64,000 nucleotides of DNA from assembly GCA_030390025.1 (NCBI GenBank), contig CM059432.1, forward strand, positions 94,118,001 through 94,182,000. Reading direction: 5' to 3'. Origin of the DNA: Squalus acanthias. Lineage: Eukaryota. Numbering within the stretch: position 1 is the stretch's first letter; each line of letters opens with the position of its first letter. A program made the translations under genes and the position numbers. Under the pieces are notes generated by a model. The model saw nothing but the letters and a program-made list of their open reading frames with translations. It did not search any database and had not been told where the DNA came from. Of the stretch, positions 60,616 to 64,000 are shown piece by piece.

Positions 60616-62339
60616 TTAGTATTAAGTTTATTTCTGTAAGTTAGTTAACAGTTGAATAAATAGAGACATGGCAGGGCACCTCAGTCCCATGGAATGCACA
60701 TCTTGTGTCATGTGGGAACTCCAGGATGCTTCCAATGTCCTGGACAACCACTTGTGCAGGAAGTGTCATCGGCTGGAGGAGCTCAAGCTCCAGGTTTCGG
60801 AGCTTGAGCAACAGCTGGCATCACTGTGGTGCATCCGCGAGGCTGAGAGCTATGTGGATAGCATGTTTCAGGAGGTGGCCACCCTGCAGCGTAACAGTGT
60901 GCAGGCAGAGAGGGAATGGGTGACCATCAGACAGACTAGGAGGACCAGGCAGGTAATGCAGGTGTTCCCTGAGTGTATCTCAGTCTCTAACCAGTATTCA
61001 GGACTGAATACTGGTGAGGGCAATGGTTCCTCTGGGGAGTACAGCCAGAACCAAGTCCACGGCACTACGGGTGGCTCAGCTGTACAGGACGGGGAGGAGG
61101 AAGATCGGGAAAGCAACAGTGGTAGGGGATTCGATAGTTAGAGGAACAGACAGGCGTTTCTGCAGCCGCAGACGTGATTCCAGGATGGTATGTTGCCTCC
61201 CTGGTGCCAGGGTCAAGGATGTCACCTGAGCGGATGCAGAACATTCTGAGGGGGGAGGGTGAACAGCCAGAGTTCGTGGTCCACATTGGTACCAACGACA
61301 TAGGTAGAAAGAGGGATCAGGTCTTGCAGGCAGATTTTAGGGAGCTAGGAAAGAGATTAAGAAGCAGGACCTCAAAGGTAGTAATCTCCGGATTACTCCC
61401 AGTGCCACGAGCTAGTGAGTATAGAAATAGAAGGATAGAGCAGATGAATGCGTGGCTGGAGAGATGGTGCAGGAGGGAGGGCTTTAGATTCCTGGGACAT
61501 TTGGACCGGTTCTGGGGGAGGTGAGACCTGTGTTGTACCTCAACAGAGCCGGAATCAATATCCTCATGGGAGGGTTTGCTAGTGCTGTTGGGGAGGGTTT
61601 AAACTAATTTGGCAGGGGGGTGGGCACCAGGATGTAGCATTAGAAAGGAGAAACAAAGTGCACAAAGGATTGGGAGAGACAGATAGCACTATAGTAAGAA
61701 ATAGTGAGGCATTAGATAGGTTAAGACTAAGAGAGAATACAAGAAGGTCTAGGATAGGTTTACAGTGCATATGTATAAACTTATGATGCGTGGTAAATAA
61801 GGTTGGTGAGCACAGGCACAAATAGCCACATGGGAATATGATGTCGTGCTGTTTAAAAATTGTAAAAATTCTATTAAACTCTGCTTTCACTAGTAGACTA
61901 TGTATAGCAGTATTCTGGCTCTGATATGTACTTTAAAAAAAAAAAAAATTACTATCTAGACTTGCAAAGAATGGCCACTTGGATGAGGTACCAGAAGATG
62001 TTTAGGATCTAGAATAGTTCTCTGTTTAGGAGTGCGGGAAAAGAGAAATAAAATTCGGCAAGATTAATATTTTAAAACGTAATATCTGTAGATCATACTT
62101 AATGTTGATGATTTGATCCAAAATCTACAAATCAATGGGGGATGACGAGCATTCAGGAAGTAATGTAGCCTATCAACATGGTCAAACTAACATTTAGATC
62201 ATTTTAAAACCGATAATTCAATAGTTAATGTTAGATCATTTCTGGTACCCCTGTACTGATACAGACTCGTACACCAATTCTAAACAATAGATCTGTAATG
62301 AAGCTAAGGCTTTTCTAGTTGTGTTGTTTTCTATTTCAG

Positions 62340-62487
62340 GGCTTTCGAAAAATCTGCCCAGAACTCTACAAGGAATATGAAAATGCTGTCTTTGGCACAG
62401 AAGTGTTTACACGTATTGATCTCTGCTCAATGCGCAAGGAAAAGCAGCCCTCTGGTTATTACCATTGTGAGAGCACAATAAATGTAG
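62340..62487 (+). CDS. AKAP7-like: AKAP7-like exon, 148 nt (GFRKICPELYKEYENAVFGTEVFTRIDLCSMRKEKQPSGYYHCESTINV); end of the 2H domain. If unspliced it reads through into CR1 to a stop at 62570
   Basis: Acceptor ttttctatttcag and donor G|gtaggt; RIDLCSMRKEKQPSGYYHCES matches AKAP7 [21 protein letters not shown]. Confidence 0.93.
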
Positions 62488-62502
62488 GTAGGTATGGTGA
62501 TC

Positions 62503-63502
62503 AGTGCTGGGGCCTCAACTATTTTCAATCTATATTAATGACTTGGATGAAGGGACTGAGTGTACTGTAGCCAAATTTGCTGATGATACAAAGATAGGTG
62601 GGAAAGCAAGTTTGTGAGGAGGACACAAAGAGCCTGAAGGGATATAGATAGGTTAAGTGAGTGGGCAAAAATTTGGCAGATGTAGTATAATGTAGGAAAA
62701 TGTGAGATTATCCACTTTGGTAGGAAAAATAAAAAAGCTAATTATTATTTAAATGGAGAGAGACTACAAAATGCTGCGGTACAGAGGGATCTGGGTGTCC
62801 TTGTACATGAAACACAAATAGTTAGCATGCAGGTACAGCAAGCAATTAGGAAGGCAAATGGAATGTTGGCCTTTATTGCAAGGGGGATGGAGTATAAAAG
62901 TAGGGAAGTCTTGCTACAACTGTACAGGGCGCTGGTGAGACCGCACCTGGAGTACTGCGTACAGTTTTGGTCTCCTTATTTAAGGAGGGATATACTTGCA
63001 TTGGAGGCAGTTCAGAGAAGGTTCACTAGGTTAATTCCTGAGGTGAAGGGGTTGTCTTATGAAGAAAGGTTGAGCCGGTTGGGCCTATACTCATTGGAGT
63101 TTAGAAGAATGAGAGGGGATCTTATTGAAACATATAAGATTCTAAGGGGGCTTGACAGGTAGATGCAGAGAGGATGTTCCCCTCGTGGGAGAATCTAGAA
63201 CTAGAGGCATATTTTCAGGATAAGGGGTCGCCCATTTAAAACAGAGATGAGGAGAAATGTTTTCTTTTCAGGGTTGTGAATCTTTGGAATTCTCTACCCC
63301 AGAGAGCTGTGGAGGCGGAGTCATTGAATATATTCAAGGCGGAGATAGACATATATTTGAGCTACAGGGGAGTCAAGGGTTATGGGGAGCGGGCGGGAAA
63401 GTGGCGTTGAGGCCAAGATCAGATCAGCCATGATCTTATTGAATGGCGGAGCAGGCTCGAGGGGCCGAATGGCCTACTCCTGCTCCTATTTCTTATGTGA
63501 TC
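62503..63502 (+). mobile_element. 5'-truncated CR1, 1000 bp, inserted about 10-15 nt past the exon donor
   Basis: RT through 3' tail; gtgatc duplicated at 62497-62502 and 63497-63502. Confidence 0.92.
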
Positions 63503-64000
63503 TCATAACTGACCAAATGAAAACTAGAAGCTCATCTTTATAGAAGAAAAAGTAATATAAGAGTTCAATATTTCTCTAACAAAGAGTCCAGTCATTCAAA
63601 CAGTGAATAGCAATGAGATTTTAGAAGACAAAGTGAATGGCGATGGTGAGGTTGCTATAGTTACGGTGCCAGTGTGATGGTGCATCTAGGAAAATGCTAA
63701 GAGTTTAGAAAATACAAGTACAGCCAGAGCAGGCAAAGGAAATGGGATGGTAGATGCTGATGAAGCAATGATTAAGCAACTGCATAAAATCGCTTGAGAC
63801 CAAATTGAATAATGGTGAAATTAATTCAAACTCGGATGTCCAGTCTGTGGTGGTTCCAGCTAGTGATGTGGCAACAGAAGAAAAGTTAGCAGATATTTTG
63901 TTTTCTCTTAATGATGCAAAAGCGAGAGAACTGCAGCTAGCAGATATTCCCTTGAATGGACATTTTGAAATGGTAAGAAGAAATCGGTCAGGACAGTCAT
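63503..64000 (+). pseudogene. Decayed coding-like acidic extension, possibly the former 3' part of the AKAP7-like terminal exon
   Basis: Protein-like E/D/N/V-rich translation (IEEKVI*EFNISLTKSPVIQTVNSNEILEDKVNGDGEVAIV...; LETKLNNGEINSNSDVQSVVVPASDVATEEKLADILF...) with in-frame stops at 63558, 63675 and 63687 and inferred frameshifts; not repeat-like. Confidence 0.45.

Larger units (their letters stand above)
59420..61850 (+). mobile_element. CR1 5' portion (56-bp monomers, ORF1 zinc finger plus SGNH esterase), 3'-truncated and interrupted by a MITE
   Basis: ORF1 from 60668: CTSC..CRKC, coiled coil, VVGDSIVRG and VVHIGTND motifs. Confidence 0.9.

Overview
Repeat-dense vertebrate genomic DNA, most likely from a shark or other cartilaginous fish (inferred from HER1-like CR1 LINEs and a SacSINE1/Deu-domain SINE). 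It is not prokaryotic, and nearly all ORF-track entries are LINE fragments or antisense shadows. One host gene runs on the + strand across the whole window. Seven GT-AG exons (259-291, 4053-4139, 13287-13444, 16726-16862, 27596-27765, 39413-39525, 62340-62487) splice in frame to an AKAP7 (AKAP18 gamma/delta)-like 2H phosphoesterase with both HxT motifs intact; its first exon(s) lie upstream of the window. The introns hold nested CR1, L2 and other LINE copies, two PIF/Harbinger transposons with MITEs, a DeuSINE and a young but defective Gypsy LTR element. The most unusual signal is three Penelope-type fold-back insertions from two families, each with a 12-15 bp target-site duplication and a one-sided tail. 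The two intact ones carry a minimal hammerhead-ribozyme variant in each arm and a tail-closed 3' hairpin. A 1000-bp CR1 also sits just past the last exon's donor and separates it from a decayed, coding-like extension. Exon, LTR, TSD and palindrome coordinates were counted by hand; LINE boundaries are approximate.
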